A stretch of 64,000 nucleotides of DNA, taken from IMG/VR virus record IMGVR_UViG_3300043446_000617, positions 4,219 to 68,218 of that record. One strand, written 5' to 3'. Under the pieces are notes generated by a model. The model saw only the letters and a program-made list of their open reading frames with translations. It was not told where the DNA came from and did no database searches. Position 1 is the first letter of the stretch, and each line of letters begins with the position of its first letter. Below, piece by piece: positions 16,477 to 26,893 of this stretch. Source of the DNA: a virus. A program made the position numbers and the translations under genes.

Positions 16477-19400
16477 ATGAGTAACTACACCAAAACCACC
16501 AATTTTGCTAGCAAAGACAATTTATCACCTGGCAATCCTTTGAAGATTGTTAAGGGTGCTGAGATTGACACTGAATATAATAATATTGCGACTGCTATTG
16601 CCACTAAAACTGACAATGCTTCTGCCAATATTACTGGTGGTTCAATTACTGGTATTACCGATTTGGCTATTGCTGATGGTGGTACAGGAGCTTCTACGGC
16701 TACTGCTGCTATCAATAATCTCTTGCCTTCACAGACAAGCAATGCTAACAAATATCTACAAACTGATGGAACAAATGTTTCTTGGGATGCTGTCAGTCTA
16801 TCTACTTCTGACATTACTGGCACTTTACCTGTTGCAAATGGTGGTACAGGCGTAACCACTTCTACTGGCACAGGAAGTGTAGTGTTGTCAAACTCGCCAA
16901 CACTTGTGACACCTGCTTTAGGTACTCCTGCATCAGGCGTAGCCACTAACTTAACAGGCTTACCATTAACTACTGGTGTAACAGGAACTTTGCCAGTGGC
17001 GAATGGCGGTACTGGTGTTACCACATCTACTGGCACAGGTTCTGCCGTTCTATCAAACAGTCCTACATTGGTGACTCCTGCATTGGGAACACCTGCCTCT
17101 GCGACTTTGACAAATGCCACAGGATTGCCGATCTCTACTGGTGTGAGTGGCTTGGGTACTGGTGTTGCTACTTTCTTGGCTACACCTACATCTGCTAATT
17201 TGGCTACTGCAGTAAGCGATGAAACAGGTAGTGGGGCTTTGGTGTTTGCCAATAGCCCAACATTGGTCACTCCCGCCCTTGGAACGCCCTCTAGCGGTAC
17301 TTTGACCAATGCTACTGGCTTACCTATCAGCACAGGCGTTTCAGGTCTTGGAACAGGCGTAGCAACTTTCCTAGCAACTCCATCTAGCGCAAACCTTATC
17401 TCTGCTGTAACAGATGAGACTGGCACAGGGTCTTTGGTCTTTGCAACCTCTCCTACATTAGTGACACCTGCTTTGGGTACACCTTCTAGTGCAACATTAA
17501 CTAACGCTACAGGACTTCCAATTTCAACTGGTGTTTCTGGTTTAGGAACTGGTGTTGCTACCGCTCTAGCAGGCAATGTTGGTTCTGCTGGCGCTCCAGT
17601 GGTTAATGGCGGTGTTTTGGGTACTCCATCTAGCGGTACTGCTACTAATTTAACTGGTCTTCCTTTGTCTACAGGCGTGACAGGAACTTTGCCAGTAGCG
17701 AATGGTGGAACTGGAGTAACAACATCCACTGGTTCTGGCAATAATGTACTGTCAACTAGCCCAACCCTTGTAACGCCTGCTCTTGGTACTCCATCAAGTG
17801 CAACATTGACTAATGCAACTGGTTTGCCATTGTCTACTGGTGTTATTGGAACTCTTCCAGTTGCTAATGGTGGAACAGGACAAACAACATATACAGATGG
17901 TCAACTGTTAATTGGTAATTCAACAGGAAATACGCTTACAAAAGCAACATTGACTGCAGGTTCTGGTGTAACTATTACCAATGGTGGCGGTTCAATTACT
18001 ATTGCGGCTTCTGGTGGTGGTGCTTCTGCCGCTACACCTACTGCATTGGGTACTGTTTATGGCTCAATGACCACTAGCGGTGCGTCACCGTATTTGACTG
18101 CACTTGGATATAACGCAGGCGCATCAAATACTGGCGTAAACAATAGTGCTGTAGGTTTCTCTGCGCTGAACAGCAATAGTTCAGGAACTAATAACAGCGC
18201 CCTTGGTATCTACGCTTTGAATTTGAACACTAGTGGCAGTTACAACACTGCTTTGGGTTCTTATTCAATGGGTAGCAATACCACAGCATCTGGTAACACA
18301 GGTGTTGGTTATTACGCTGTTGGCTCAAATACTACTGGTATATCTAATACAGGCGTTGGTCGAGAAGCCCTGTCCAGCAATACCACTGGCAGTTACAACA
18401 CTGCTGTAGGCGCATTAGCACTTACAGCAAACACAACTGGCGGTGAATATAACAACGCTTTTGGTTGGCAGGCACTGAAAGCAAACACTACTGGCAATGA
18501 GAACCAAGCATTTGGTATATCTGCAATGCTGTCAAATACGACTGGTTCTAATAACACGGCAATGGGTTCAAATGCACTTCGTTCCAACACCACAGGCACA
18601 GATCATGTGGCGGTTGGCTATCAAGCTCTTTATAGCAACTCAACTTCAAACAACCTTTCTGCATTAGGTAGTCAGGCTGGGTATTCAATGACAGGTGCAT
18701 CAGGCACTTTCCTTGGGTATAGGGCTGGATATAGCGTCACAGGAACAGACAATACTGTTGTTGGACATGACGCAATGTATGCCACTACAACTGGCACATC
18801 TAACACGGCAGTTGGCAAACAGGCTTTGCGCTTTAACACCACAGCATCTAACAACACTGCTGTAGGTTATCAGGCGGCATACACAAACACCACTGGTGCA
18901 AGCAACACCGCTGTAGGCTATCAATCGTTATACGCAAACACTACGGGTGACATCAGTGTTGCGGTTGGTATGAACGCATTAAAAGCACAAACTACAGCAA
19001 CACAAAATACCGCCATGGGTTATGGTGCTGGAGCAAAGCTAACCTCAAGTAGTTACAACGTGGCTATTGGTACTAGCGCATTAGGCAACATGGTAAATGG
19101 CGCTAATCAAAACGTTGCAATTGGACAAAATGCTTTATTAAGTTATGTAAACACAAGCGTTTCTGAAGGTGGTGCGGTTGCGGTTGGAGCTGGCGCTCTA
19201 CAAAACTGCACTACAGGTGGCTCTAACATTGCAATGGGGCGTAACGCTGGATTATCAATTACAACAGGCGCACTTAACACGGTAATAGGGGATAGGGCTG
19301 GCGAATCTGCCAACTCAAATTATGGTGTGTATCTTGGTTCATTCTGCGGCATTTACACAACTGGCGACTACAACACTTTTATTGGGTGGCAAGCAGGTCA

Positions 19401-19905
19401 CAATACAACTAGCACAACCACAGGATCGTCAAACATTTACATTGGCGCAGCGTCAAGAGGTAGCGCGGCAACAAATAGTTCTGAAATTGTTATTGGTGTA
19501 AGTGCTAATGGTAAAGGCTCTAGCACTGGTTTTATTAACCCAAATAGCGGTGGCGTTTACCAAGGTAACAATTCATCTTCATGGTCAACCACTTCTGACC
19601 AACGCTTGAAAAAAAATATTGCTGACAACAATGACGGCTTGGACAAGATCAATTCAATTCGTGTACGCAACTTTGAGTATCGCTTGCCAGAGGAAGTTGA
19701 CACAGAACTTAGCCCTAATGACGCAATCAAAAAATCAGGTGTGCAACTTGGCGTAATTGCTCAAGAACTGCAAGCCGTTTTGCCTGAGTGCGTAAAGCAA
19801 GAATCGACTGGCGTTCTGTCTGTTGATACCGACAACCTGACTTGGTACTTAATTAATGCGGTCAAGGAATTGTCTGCTCGTATAAAGCAATTGGAAGGAA
19901 ACTGA
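16477..19905 (+). CDS. Tail fibre with shaft repeats, YadA-like repeats and C-terminal S74 autochaperone
   Basis: SPTLVTPALGTP repeats; NTAVG..AL..NTTG repeats; SDQRLKKNI and GVIAQEL. Confidence 0.9.
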   Translation: MSNYTKTTNFASKDNLSPGNPLKIVKGAEIDTEYNNIATAIATKTDNASANITGGSITGITDLAIADGGTGASTATAAINNLLPSQTSNANKYLQTDGTNVSWDAVSLSTSDITGTLPVANGGTGVTTSTGTGSVVLSNSPTLVTPALGTPASGVATNLTGLPLTTGVTGTLPVANGGTGVTTSTGTGSAVLSNSPTLVTPALGTPASATLTNATGLPISTGVSGLGTGVATFLATPTSANLATAVSDETGSGALVFANSPTLVTPALGTPSSGTLTNATGLPISTGVSGLGTGVATFLATPSSANLISAVTDETGTGSLVFATSPTLVTPALGTPSSATLTNATGLPISTGVSGLGTGVATALAGNVGSAGAPVVNGGVLGTPSSGTATNLTGLPLSTGVTGTLPVANGGTGVTTSTGSGNNVLSTSPTLVTPALGTPSSATLTNATGLPLSTGVIGTLPVANGGTGQTTYTDGQLLIGNSTGNTLTKATLTAGSGVTITNGGGSITIAASGGGASAATPTALGTVYGSMTTSGASPYLTALGYNAGASNTGVNNSAVGFSALNSNSSGTNNSALGIYALNLNTSGSYNTALGSYSMGSNTTASGNTGVGYYAVGSNTTGISNTGVGREALSSNTTGSYNTAVGALALTANTTGGEYNNAFGWQALKANTTGNENQAFGISAMLSNTTGSNNTAMGSNALRSNTTGTDHVAVGYQALYSNSTSNNLSALGSQAGYSMTGASGTFLGYRAGYSVTGTDNTVVGHDAMYATTTGTSNTAVGKQALRFNTTASNNTAVGYQAAYTNTTGASNTAVGYQSLYANTTGDISVAVGMNALKAQTTATQNTAMGYGAGAKLTSSSYNVAIGTSALGNMVNGANQNVAIGQNALLSYVNTSVSEGGAVAVGAGALQNCTTGGSNIAMGRNAGLSITTGALNTVIGDRAGESANSNYGVYLGSFCGIYTTGDYNTFIGWQAGHNTTSTTTGSSNIYIGAASRGSAATNSSEIVIGVSANGKGSSTGFINPNSGGVYQGNNSSSWSTTSDQRLKKNIADNNDGLDKINSIRVRNFEYRLPEEVDTELSPNDAIKKSGVQLGVIAQELQAVLPECVKQESTGVLSVDTDNLTWYLINAVKELSARIKQLEGN

Positions 19906-19906
19906 A

Positions 19907-20125
19907 ATGACTGAAGTAGCAACACCAACCGCAGAAGAAATTGCTCGCCATTATTATGCCGCCATAGATAGCGTCCATCTCATCAATGCTGGCAAGCCTG
20001 AGCTGATGTCTGACGATGACTGGGCCGACTGCTTGTCACGCAACAAAGAACATCTAAAAATCATGTTAGCCAAAGACTTCTGGACAACAGAAGACTTGAC
20101 ACCCTTGCAACAGGCGGCATCATGA
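19907..20125 (+). CDS. Tail-fibre-associated small protein
   Basis: Directly after fibre; RBS GGAAGGA. Confidence 0.65.
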   Translation: MTEVATPTAEEIARHYYAAIDSVHLINAGKPELMSDDDWADCLSRNKEHLKIMLAKDFWTTEDLTPLQQAAS

Positions 20126-20262
20126 CTTTAGAGTTAACACTTGAAGAAATCAATGCGCTATTGAACCTTATGGGAAAGACTGCTACTGAGAGTGGCTTCT
20201 TTCCTTTGATGGTTAAAATTAAAGAACAGGCAGAAGCGCAACTGCCAAAAGAATCGGAGTAA
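20122..20262 (+). CDS. 46-aa fibre-associated protein
   Basis: Hand-translated MTLELTLEEIN...KIKEQAEAQ; ATGA-coupled. Confidence 0.6.
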   Translation: MTLELTLEEINALLNLMGKTATESGFFPLMVKIKEQAEAQLPKESE

Positions 20263-20268
20263 ACAATC

Positions 20269-22230
20269 ATGGCCGTAACGAATGAACAAATTTTAGGGTT
20301 TTTGAACGCAAATCCTGGCATAAGTGATGCCGAGATCGTTGCGGCTATGGAGGCTTATGGAGTTTCTCCTGCTCAAATGGCTAAAGCTGTTGGAGTATCT
20401 GAAGGGGAAGTAGCGGCTCGTGTGGCAGCTACAGTCCCTCAAGGTCAATCAGTAACACTGGGTGACACCATTGTTCAACCTCAATATCAAGTTACTGGCT
20501 CTGGTGAAGACCAACAAGTCGGTGGTATTGAGAATGTCTATACCTATAAAGTAGGTGAAAACAAGACAGGTGGGGGGTATCAGCAATATAACCCTGATGG
20601 AACTCTTGCTCGAACTGGAACACAACAAGCAGTAAGCAACTCATTGACACCATTTATCTTGGGTTCTCTGGGATTGTTTGGCGGTCTTGGTGGTGGTTTT
20701 GAGAGCCTATTTGGTGGTGGCGCAGGCGCTACTGGAGCAGGTTCTACATTTGAAGCTTTGAATGCAGGTGCAGGAGCAGGTGCTGACTATCTTGGTGGCT
20801 CATTAGCCAATGTAGGCGCTGCTAGCACTATTGGCAACACTGGAATGACATTATCTGAGTTGACTCAACTCAATATGGCTTTAGGTGGTACTGGTGGCAC
20901 TTTAGGTGCTTTGACTCTTGCTGAACAACTAGGTGGTTTGGCGGCAGGAACATTGACTGGCGCTGCGGTTTCTAATCTTGGTGGCACTACAGGAATGGGT
21001 GGTGGAACAGGGTTGCTTGCAGGTGCAGGTGGTTTAGGTCTGTCTACTACAGGTGCAGGTCTTGGTGCTGCAGGAACTGGTGCAGGCTTAACTGGTGGCG
21101 CTTTGACTGGTACTGGATTAGGTACAGGAAGCGTTCTATCAGGCTTAACAACTGGTGTTGGTACTGGTGTAGGAGCAGGCGTTGGGTCTACTTTGGCAGG
21201 TGTAGGAACTGCACTTGGTACTGGATTGACTGCAGGTGCAACAGGTTTAGGTGGATTAACTGCTGCTCAATTGGGCGCTTTGTTGTCAGGTGGTTTGACT
21301 TTAGGTGGTGGCTTGATGCAAAGCCAAACATCAAAGGATGCTGCTATTAAAGCTCAAGCCAAGATCGATGCAGAGACTGCTGCAGCTAAACAAGCAGCTG
21401 CATTCCGACCTGTTGGTATGACAACTCGATTTGGAACTTCACAATTCCAAGTTGATCCAGTTACAGGTCAATTGACAAGCGCAGGCTACACATTAAGTCC
21501 TGAAGCTAAGTATGCTCAAGACAAGTTGGCAGCTCAAGCTAATATTGGTCTTCAGCAGATTGAACAAGCACAAGGTCAATTTGCTCCATTGCAAACAGGC
21601 GCTCAAAGTTTGTTTACTTTAGGTAATAAATATTTGGCTCAAACACCAGAAGACGTTGCCAAGAACTATCTTGCTCAACAGATGGCTTTGTTGCAACCTG
21701 GTCGTGAGTTGGAATTGGCTAACTTGCAGAATAAATTGCAACAACAGGGTCGTGCGGGTCTTTCAGTGGCTCAAGGCGGTGCATTGGGTGCTACAACTCC
21801 TGAATTACAGGCTTTGTATAACGCTCGTGCAATGCAAGAGGCTCAGTTGGCTGCTCAAGCTCAACAAGCGGGTCAACAACAAGTTCAATTCGGTGCAGGG
21901 TTACTTGGTACAGGCGCTCAAACATTGGGTCAGTACTATGCAGGTCAACAAGCGGCCTATGCTCCATACACCACTGCATTGGGTCAAGTTCAGGCTCTGG
22001 AAGCCGCAGGTCAGCAACCATTCACAATGAGTACTAACCTTGCTCAACAAACTGCACAAGCAGGTGCTAATGTTGGAAAACTTGGCTTAACAGGAGCAGG
22101 TCAGAGCGTAGAGTTGGCAACTGGTCAAGCAGCCACTAACAACCCATACGCATCATTCTTGAGTGGCTTGGGTGCATCGCCAACATTTGGTACTGCTGCA
22201 GGCAATGTCATTGGCGGTTTATTCGCATAA
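20269..22230 (+). CDS. Internal virion / ejection protein with Gly-rich hydrophobic segment
   Basis: G/A/L/T-rich middle, Q-rich C-terminus; synteny; homologue at 52689. Confidence 0.7.
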   Translation: MAVTNEQILGFLNANPGISDAEIVAAMEAYGVSPAQMAKAVGVSEGEVAARVAATVPQGQSVTLGDTIVQPQYQVTGSGEDQQVGGIENVYTYKVGENKTGGGYQQYNPDGTLARTGTQQAVSNSLTPFILGSLGLFGGLGGGFESLFGGGAGATGAGSTFEALNAGAGAGADYLGGSLANVGAASTIGNTGMTLSELTQLNMALGGTGGTLGALTLAEQLGGLAAGTLTGAAVSNLGGTTGMGGGTGLLAGAGGLGLSTTGAGLGAAGTGAGLTGGALTGTGLGTGSVLSGLTTGVGTGVGAGVGSTLAGVGTALGTGLTAGATGLGGLTAAQLGALLSGGLTLGGGLMQSQTSKDAAIKAQAKIDAETAAAKQAAAFRPVGMTTRFGTSQFQVDPVTGQLTSAGYTLSPEAKYAQDKLAAQANIGLQQIEQAQGQFAPLQTGAQSLFTLGNKYLAQTPEDVAKNYLAQQMALLQPGRELELANLQNKLQQQGRAGLSVAQGGALGATTPELQALYNARAMQEAQLAAQAQQAGQQQVQFGAGLLGTGAQTLGQYYAGQQAAYAPYTTALGQVQALEAAGQQPFTMSTNLAQQTAQAGANVGKLGLTGAGQSVELATGQAATNNPYASFLSGLGASPTFGTAAGNVIGGLFA

Positions 22231-22239
22231 GGATTCATC

Positions 22240-23538
22240 ATGGCAGAAAATATCGTAGGCGGTCTTTTTGGAATAACACCTCAAATGTATGGTGAGCAAC
22301 AGAGAGTTGGCGCTTTAAATGAAGGCATCTCTTTGGCAAACCTAAATCCTGCTGCTCGTGGTGCGGCATTGACCTATGCAGGAGCTAAAGGTCTAGGCAC
22401 TGCTTTAGGTGGCGTTATGGGTGCAGAAGACCCACAACTCAAGATGATTAGTGCTCGTAATGCTATTGCTCAACAGATTGATCAAACTGATCCTAAATCT
22501 GTTTTAAGAGGCGCTCAAATGTTGGCACAGATTGGCGACCAACAAGGTGCTATTGCATTAGCTCAACTTGCTCGTCAAGCTCAAAGTGAAATGGCTTTGA
22601 CTCAACAACGCCAAGCTGCACAAATGTCTTCAATGGCTACTGCTGCTAAAACACAATTGTCTATCAAACAAGAAGAACAATTGCGTGATGAGTTGTCTAA
22701 ACTTGGTCCAGATGCTACGCAAGAACAAATCCTTTCTGTAGTGACAAAATATGGTTCTCCAGATAAGGTTTTAGCTTCTCTACAAGGCTCTGCTGATAGA
22801 CAGTTAGCTAATCAAGCACGAATTGATGCGGCTAAAGTTGCTGCAGAAGCACGAATTGATGCGGCTCGTGAGGCAGGCGCTACAAGAGTTCAAGTTGCTC
22901 AAATGCAGGCAGATGCTCGTAGAGATATTGCACAAATGGCTCAGTCATTTAAGCAGGCTCAATCTGAGCAATTATTGACTCCTAAAGAACTTCAAAAGCG
23001 TGAATCGGCATATCCACAGGCTACTTCTGCAATCAAGAGTTTTGAGACTAAATCTGATGCATTTGTTGCAGATATTGAGAAGTTGCGTGATCACCCTGGT
23101 CTTCCTGAAATTACAGGCTTTGCTGCAGGTCGATTGCCTGGCCTAACTGCCAATGGTCGTGCGGCTCAAGCTTTGTACGACAAGATTGTCGCTAAAGGTG
23201 GTTTCCAAGCACTGCAAGACTTGCGTGATGCCTCTAAAACTGGTGGCGCTTTGGGTAATGTGTCTAATCAAGAAGGCAAGCAACTTACTGCCTCATTTGG
23301 TGCTATTGACCGCAGACAAGATGTTAAGGATGTTCGTGAGGCTCTTAACCAAGCAATTGGTGACATTCAAGGCTCTAAAACACGCCTTAAAGAAGCCTAT
23401 GACATGACATACTCATACAAGGCTGAACAACCTAAAAAAGCTTTGACTGGTGAAGATCAGCAAGCCTTAGATTGGGCTAATAAGAATCCTAATGATCTTC
23501 GTGCAGCTCAAATCAAGAAACGACTAGGAGAGAAATAA
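22240..23538 (+). CDS. Internal virion / ejection protein
   Basis: A/Q-rich helical; homologue at 54585. Confidence 0.7.
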   Translation: MAENIVGGLFGITPQMYGEQQRVGALNEGISLANLNPAARGAALTYAGAKGLGTALGGVMGAEDPQLKMISARNAIAQQIDQTDPKSVLRGAQMLAQIGDQQGAIALAQLARQAQSEMALTQQRQAAQMSSMATAAKTQLSIKQEEQLRDELSKLGPDATQEQILSVVTKYGSPDKVLASLQGSADRQLANQARIDAAKVAAEARIDAAREAGATRVQVAQMQADARRDIAQMAQSFKQAQSEQLLTPKELQKRESAYPQATSAIKSFETKSDAFVADIEKLRDHPGLPEITGFAAGRLPGLTANGRAAQALYDKIVAKGGFQALQDLRDASKTGGALGNVSNQEGKQLTASFGAIDRRQDVKDVREALNQAIGDIQGSKTRLKEAYDMTYSYKAEQPKKALTGEDQQALDWANKNPNDLRAAQIKKRLGEK

Positions 23539-25574
23539 TGGCTGAATTTGACCCAGACGCATATCTTGGCAAAACTGCAGAATTCGACCCTAACAAATAT
23601 TTGGGCATTCAACCTCAAGTGGCAGATGAAACTGCTCGTTTAGCTTCAAGATATCCTGCTCCAATGTCGGAGCAAATACCAGGTTATGGCAAGCCAGTTC
23701 CTGCTTCTAAGAATCAACCAAATCTTAGTTTAAAAGAGTTGCTTTATCGCAACATCGCTAAACCAGTAGTTGCTCCAACAGTGGAGGCTCTTGGAGCAGT
23801 TGGTGGTGGTCTTCTAGGAACTCCACTTGGCCCTGCAGGTGTTGTCGGTGGAGCAGGACTTGGTTATGGAATGGCTAAAGAGGCCTTGAAGTTAGGTGAT
23901 ATCTACCTTGGTGGAATGACTCCAGAAGAAGCCAAAACAGAACCAGTCAAGAATATTCTTGAAGGTGCTACTTATGAGGCAGGAGGACGGGTAGTTGCTC
24001 CATTGCTTGCTAAAGGAATTGGCAAGGCTATTGACCTTGTTAATGCGCCTACTCAGAAAGCTGCAAGCTTGGCTCAGTTGGCATTAGGTAAAGACCTGCC
24101 AAACGTCATTTCTGCGCTTAAAAATGCACCTGCAAATGCAAGTGTTGCAGAGGTTACTGCCTCTGTAAACAATCCAACTTGGCAGGCATTGATTGATGAT
24201 GCTCTTAAGCAAGACCCACAATTCATACGCAAAATCCGTTTGTTTAACGAAGAAGAATCTTTGAAGGCTCTTTCTAAGTTGGCAGGCGGTGAGAATGCTG
24301 CAGAAGTTCGCTCTGTCGCTGAGAAGGCTAAATCTGCTCTTAATCAGATTACGACTCCATCACGAGAAGCCGCATTGGATCGGGCTAATCTTGGTAAAGC
24401 AGTAGCAGACTATGAGACTCAAGCAGGAATGCTTAGTGCAGAAGCAGCCGCTAAAGTTGCAGATGTTCGTAGGTTGATTGCAGCAGGTGATTTGGCAGAA
24501 GCTGCAGGTCGCCTTGAGTTAATCAAGAAGGGTATTCCTGTTGGATTTACCAAGTACACCTATAAGGGTGATTTGGCTCAAATGGCAGATAACTGGGCTT
24601 CTAAGGCGGCACAGGCTTCCTTGGATTTAGGTCAAGGCGCTCGTTTTGCCCAAGGCGCTGCTGATGCTTTGCGTTCTGTTGGAATCAAGCCAATTGAAGG
24701 CGCTAGTTTGTCTAGAAGCATCTCTTCTATTGCCAATAATCCTCGTTTCGCAGGCGATGATGTGTTGGTAGGTGCAGTTAAGAATGTTGCTGATGACATT
24801 GCTCGTTGGACAAACAATGGCGGTGTTGTGGATGCAGTTGCTTTGGATGCGATTCGCAAGAATTCTGTCAATGCGGCTATTCAGAAGCTTCGTCCTGGCA
24901 TTGATGCAACTTCTCAACGAAATCTTGCTTCTAAGGTTCTTGGAGACATTCGACCAATCATTATTGATGCAATTGAAGAGTCTGGTGGCAAAGGTTATCG
25001 CCAATATTTGGCTGACTACACCAAAGGCATGGAAAAGATTGCTGAACGCAAACTTACTGGTGAAGCACTCAAACTTTGGAAGACCAATAAAGATGGTTTT
25101 GTGCGTTTAGTGCAGAACGAATCTCCAGAAGAGGTGGAGAAGATTCTTGGACCAGGCAAATACAACATTGCTTCTGAATTAGCAGAAAACTCAATGAATG
25201 TCTTGCGAGATCAAGCAAATAAGCGTTTGACTCAATTGTCTGTTGCTGAACAAGTAAGCGAAGGGAAGTCTGCTTTATCTCAATTGCTGAAACAACAAAC
25301 TTCTTACATTCGATTCCCATCATATTTGAGCGTATTGGCCTCCTCTACAAATAAAGTGATTAGTGAGTTGGAGAAGGCTGTTGGACAGAAGACATTGAAG
25401 ACTTTGACAGAAGCCATGAAGACACCTCAAGGTGCTGCTGATTTGTTGTCAACATTGCCTGCTTCGGAGCGAGTTCAAGTGTTGAAAATATTGTCAGACC
25501 CAAGCCAATGGAGTCCAACAATTAGTTCATCAACTACCTTTGGTCTCAAAGGTGCAATGTCAACAGAAGAATAA
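23538..25574 (+). CDS. Large ejection protein
   Basis: FDPD.YL repeats, GGxxG hydrophobic hairpin; homologue at 55883. Confidence 0.7.
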   Translation: MAEFDPDAYLGKTAEFDPNKYLGIQPQVADETARLASRYPAPMSEQIPGYGKPVPASKNQPNLSLKELLYRNIAKPVVAPTVEALGAVGGGLLGTPLGPAGVVGGAGLGYGMAKEALKLGDIYLGGMTPEEAKTEPVKNILEGATYEAGGRVVAPLLAKGIGKAIDLVNAPTQKAASLAQLALGKDLPNVISALKNAPANASVAEVTASVNNPTWQALIDDALKQDPQFIRKIRLFNEEESLKALSKLAGGENAAEVRSVAEKAKSALNQITTPSREAALDRANLGKAVADYETQAGMLSAEAAAKVADVRRLIAAGDLAEAAGRLELIKKGIPVGFTKYTYKGDLAQMADNWASKAAQASLDLGQGARFAQGAADALRSVGIKPIEGASLSRSISSIANNPRFAGDDVLVGAVKNVADDIARWTNNGGVVDAVALDAIRKNSVNAAIQKLRPGIDATSQRNLASKVLGDIRPIIIDAIEESGGKGYRQYLADYTKGMEKIAERKLTGEALKLWKTNKDGFVRLVQNESPEEVEKILGPGKYNIASELAENSMNVLRDQANKRLTQLSVAEQVSEGKSALSQLLKQQTSYIRFPSYLSVLASSTNKVISELEKAVGQKTLKTLTEAMKTPQGAADLLSTLPASERVQVLKILSDPSQWSPTISSSTTFGLKGAMSTEE

Positions 25575-25669
25575 TGATTGACTGGGCTGAAGCAATTATT
25601 GCGTCAGTCTGCATTGCTTGCTTCATTGTCTTTGGAACATACATGATTATTTGGTGCGGAATATGGTAA
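25574..25669 (+). CDS. 31-aa membrane peptide
   Basis: Hand-translated MIDWAEAIIASVCIACFIVFGTYMIIWCGIW; positional homologue at 57940. Confidence 0.55.
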   Translation: MIDWAEAIIASVCIACFIVFGTYMIIWCGIW

Positions 25670-26373
25670 CTAAAAAACCTCCAGCTAAAGTAGCGCCTGT
25701 AAAACGAGCTATCCCTAAGACTGCTCCAAAACCAAAATCAGAGCCTTCAGTGTCTGTTACTCATGCTCGTAAAAAACCTGAGTCTTATGCTGACAAAGTA
25801 ATTGAACTGATTAAGTGGGTAGACAATCCATTCAAACTGTTCACAGTTATTTTGTTGTCGTTTATGTTCTTTGCAGGATATTTTGCTTGGGATTCACGTC
25901 AAGTTTTGTTGCAAGCAATTACAAACTCTAGTCATCAAACAGAACTTAAAGATACACCATCGCTATTGCAAGTGGCATTAGCTGTACAGCGTGATCTTGA
26001 GGCTGAGACTGTAACTGTTCACAAGGCTAGTCTAGTTGTTAATTCACGCACAACGCTATTTGCTTTGAACGCTAAAGGTCATGACAAGACAATGGATGGA
26101 CTTAATTCATCATTGTTCAACAAAGACCCACAAAGAAACCAGTCGATGATTGCTATGCTTGGTGGCGAAGTCTACTGCGATAAGTTAGTGGTTACAGGAA
26201 AGAACTCTGATTGGGAAGAAAAGCAGGGCGTTAAATTTGTTTGTCGTGGTGGGATTCCTCCGCAAATGGGCGAGTTTGATGGTTATATATCTGTAGGTTT
26301 CAGAGAGATTCCAGAAGACGCAACTGAAATCAAGACAAGAATCAATCTAGCCACTACCGAGATGAGTAAATGA
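25663..26373 (+). CDS. Membrane-anchored protein with periplasmic domain (T4 holin T-like layout)
   Basis: Basic N-terminus, one TM helix, C-terminal domain with two Cys; lysis region. Confidence 0.5.
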   Translation: MVTKKPPAKVAPVKRAIPKTAPKPKSEPSVSVTHARKKPESYADKVIELIKWVDNPFKLFTVILLSFMFFAGYFAWDSRQVLLQAITNSSHQTELKDTPSLLQVALAVQRDLEAETVTVHKASLVVNSRTTLFALNAKGHDKTMDGLNSSLFNKDPQRNQSMIAMLGGEVYCDKLVVTGKNSDWEEKQGVKFVCRGGIPPQMGEFDGYISVGFREIPEDATEIKTRINLATTEMSK

Positions 26374-26660
26374 GATGGTTAGTGCTATGCCTGTTTTCCG
26401 CATGGTTACTGGTATCGGCACAACCCAAGCAGTGTTTGTTGACAGACTTTTATGCAATTACTTGGTTAAACGATCCGACACTTAGGCATATGCAGTTGTC
26501 TAGGTGGTTAACCACTAATGGAGACAGTTGTACGGCAGAGCAGTTGGTGGTGCTTTGGAATAGATTGGCAGAATGGGCTGGCGCTGCTGATTCTGGTGAA
26601 CTAAGGGCAAAGATTCTTTACTTTTACGCTAGAGCAAGGGAAAGGGAGGATAAGAAATGA
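26370..26660 (+). CDS. Secreted small protein (antiholin-like layout)
   Basis: Signal peptide; two Cys in mature part. Confidence 0.5.
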   Translation: MRWLVLCLFSAWLLVSAQPKQCLLTDFYAITWLNDPTLRHMQLSRWLTTNGDSCTAEQLVVLWNRLAEWAGAADSGELRAKILYFYARAREREDKK

Positions 26661-26893
26661 TAGACAAAATCCGATGGTTTCCAATGGTTGATGCTTCTGG
26701 CTATCCAGATAAGACAGATGCCACTCAAAAGCGCATTGAAAAGCACCAGGACGAGTATCGAATGGCTGTTAAATCTGCCAAAGCGGAACGCAAGATTGAC
26801 GATATTTTGCTTGAGTTGTACAACAAAAGAGCAGAGCAACAGAAGCTTAGGCTTGAGATTTTCACCAATAGAAAACTAGACTTCTATGTATAA
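26657..26893 (+). CDS. Hypothetical coiled-coil protein
   Basis: ATGA-coupled; C-terminus KLDFYV resembles KVDVYV at 58791. Confidence 0.6.
   Translation: MIDKIRWFPMVDASGYPDKTDATQKRIEKHQDEYRMAVKSAKAERKIDDILLELYNKRAEQQKLRLEIFTNRKLDFYV

Noticed and set aside
16485-17741. 418-aa antisense ORF inside the tail fibre (also 50052-50582 and 53177-53653)
   Set aside because: Shadow of Thr/Gly/Ala-rich repeats that lack antisense stops; no RBS; not conserved as protein between units.
16477-19905. Diversity-generating retroelement or invertible fibre switch
   Set aside because: No reverse transcriptase or invertase; repeats differ at synonymous sites rather than specifically at adenines.
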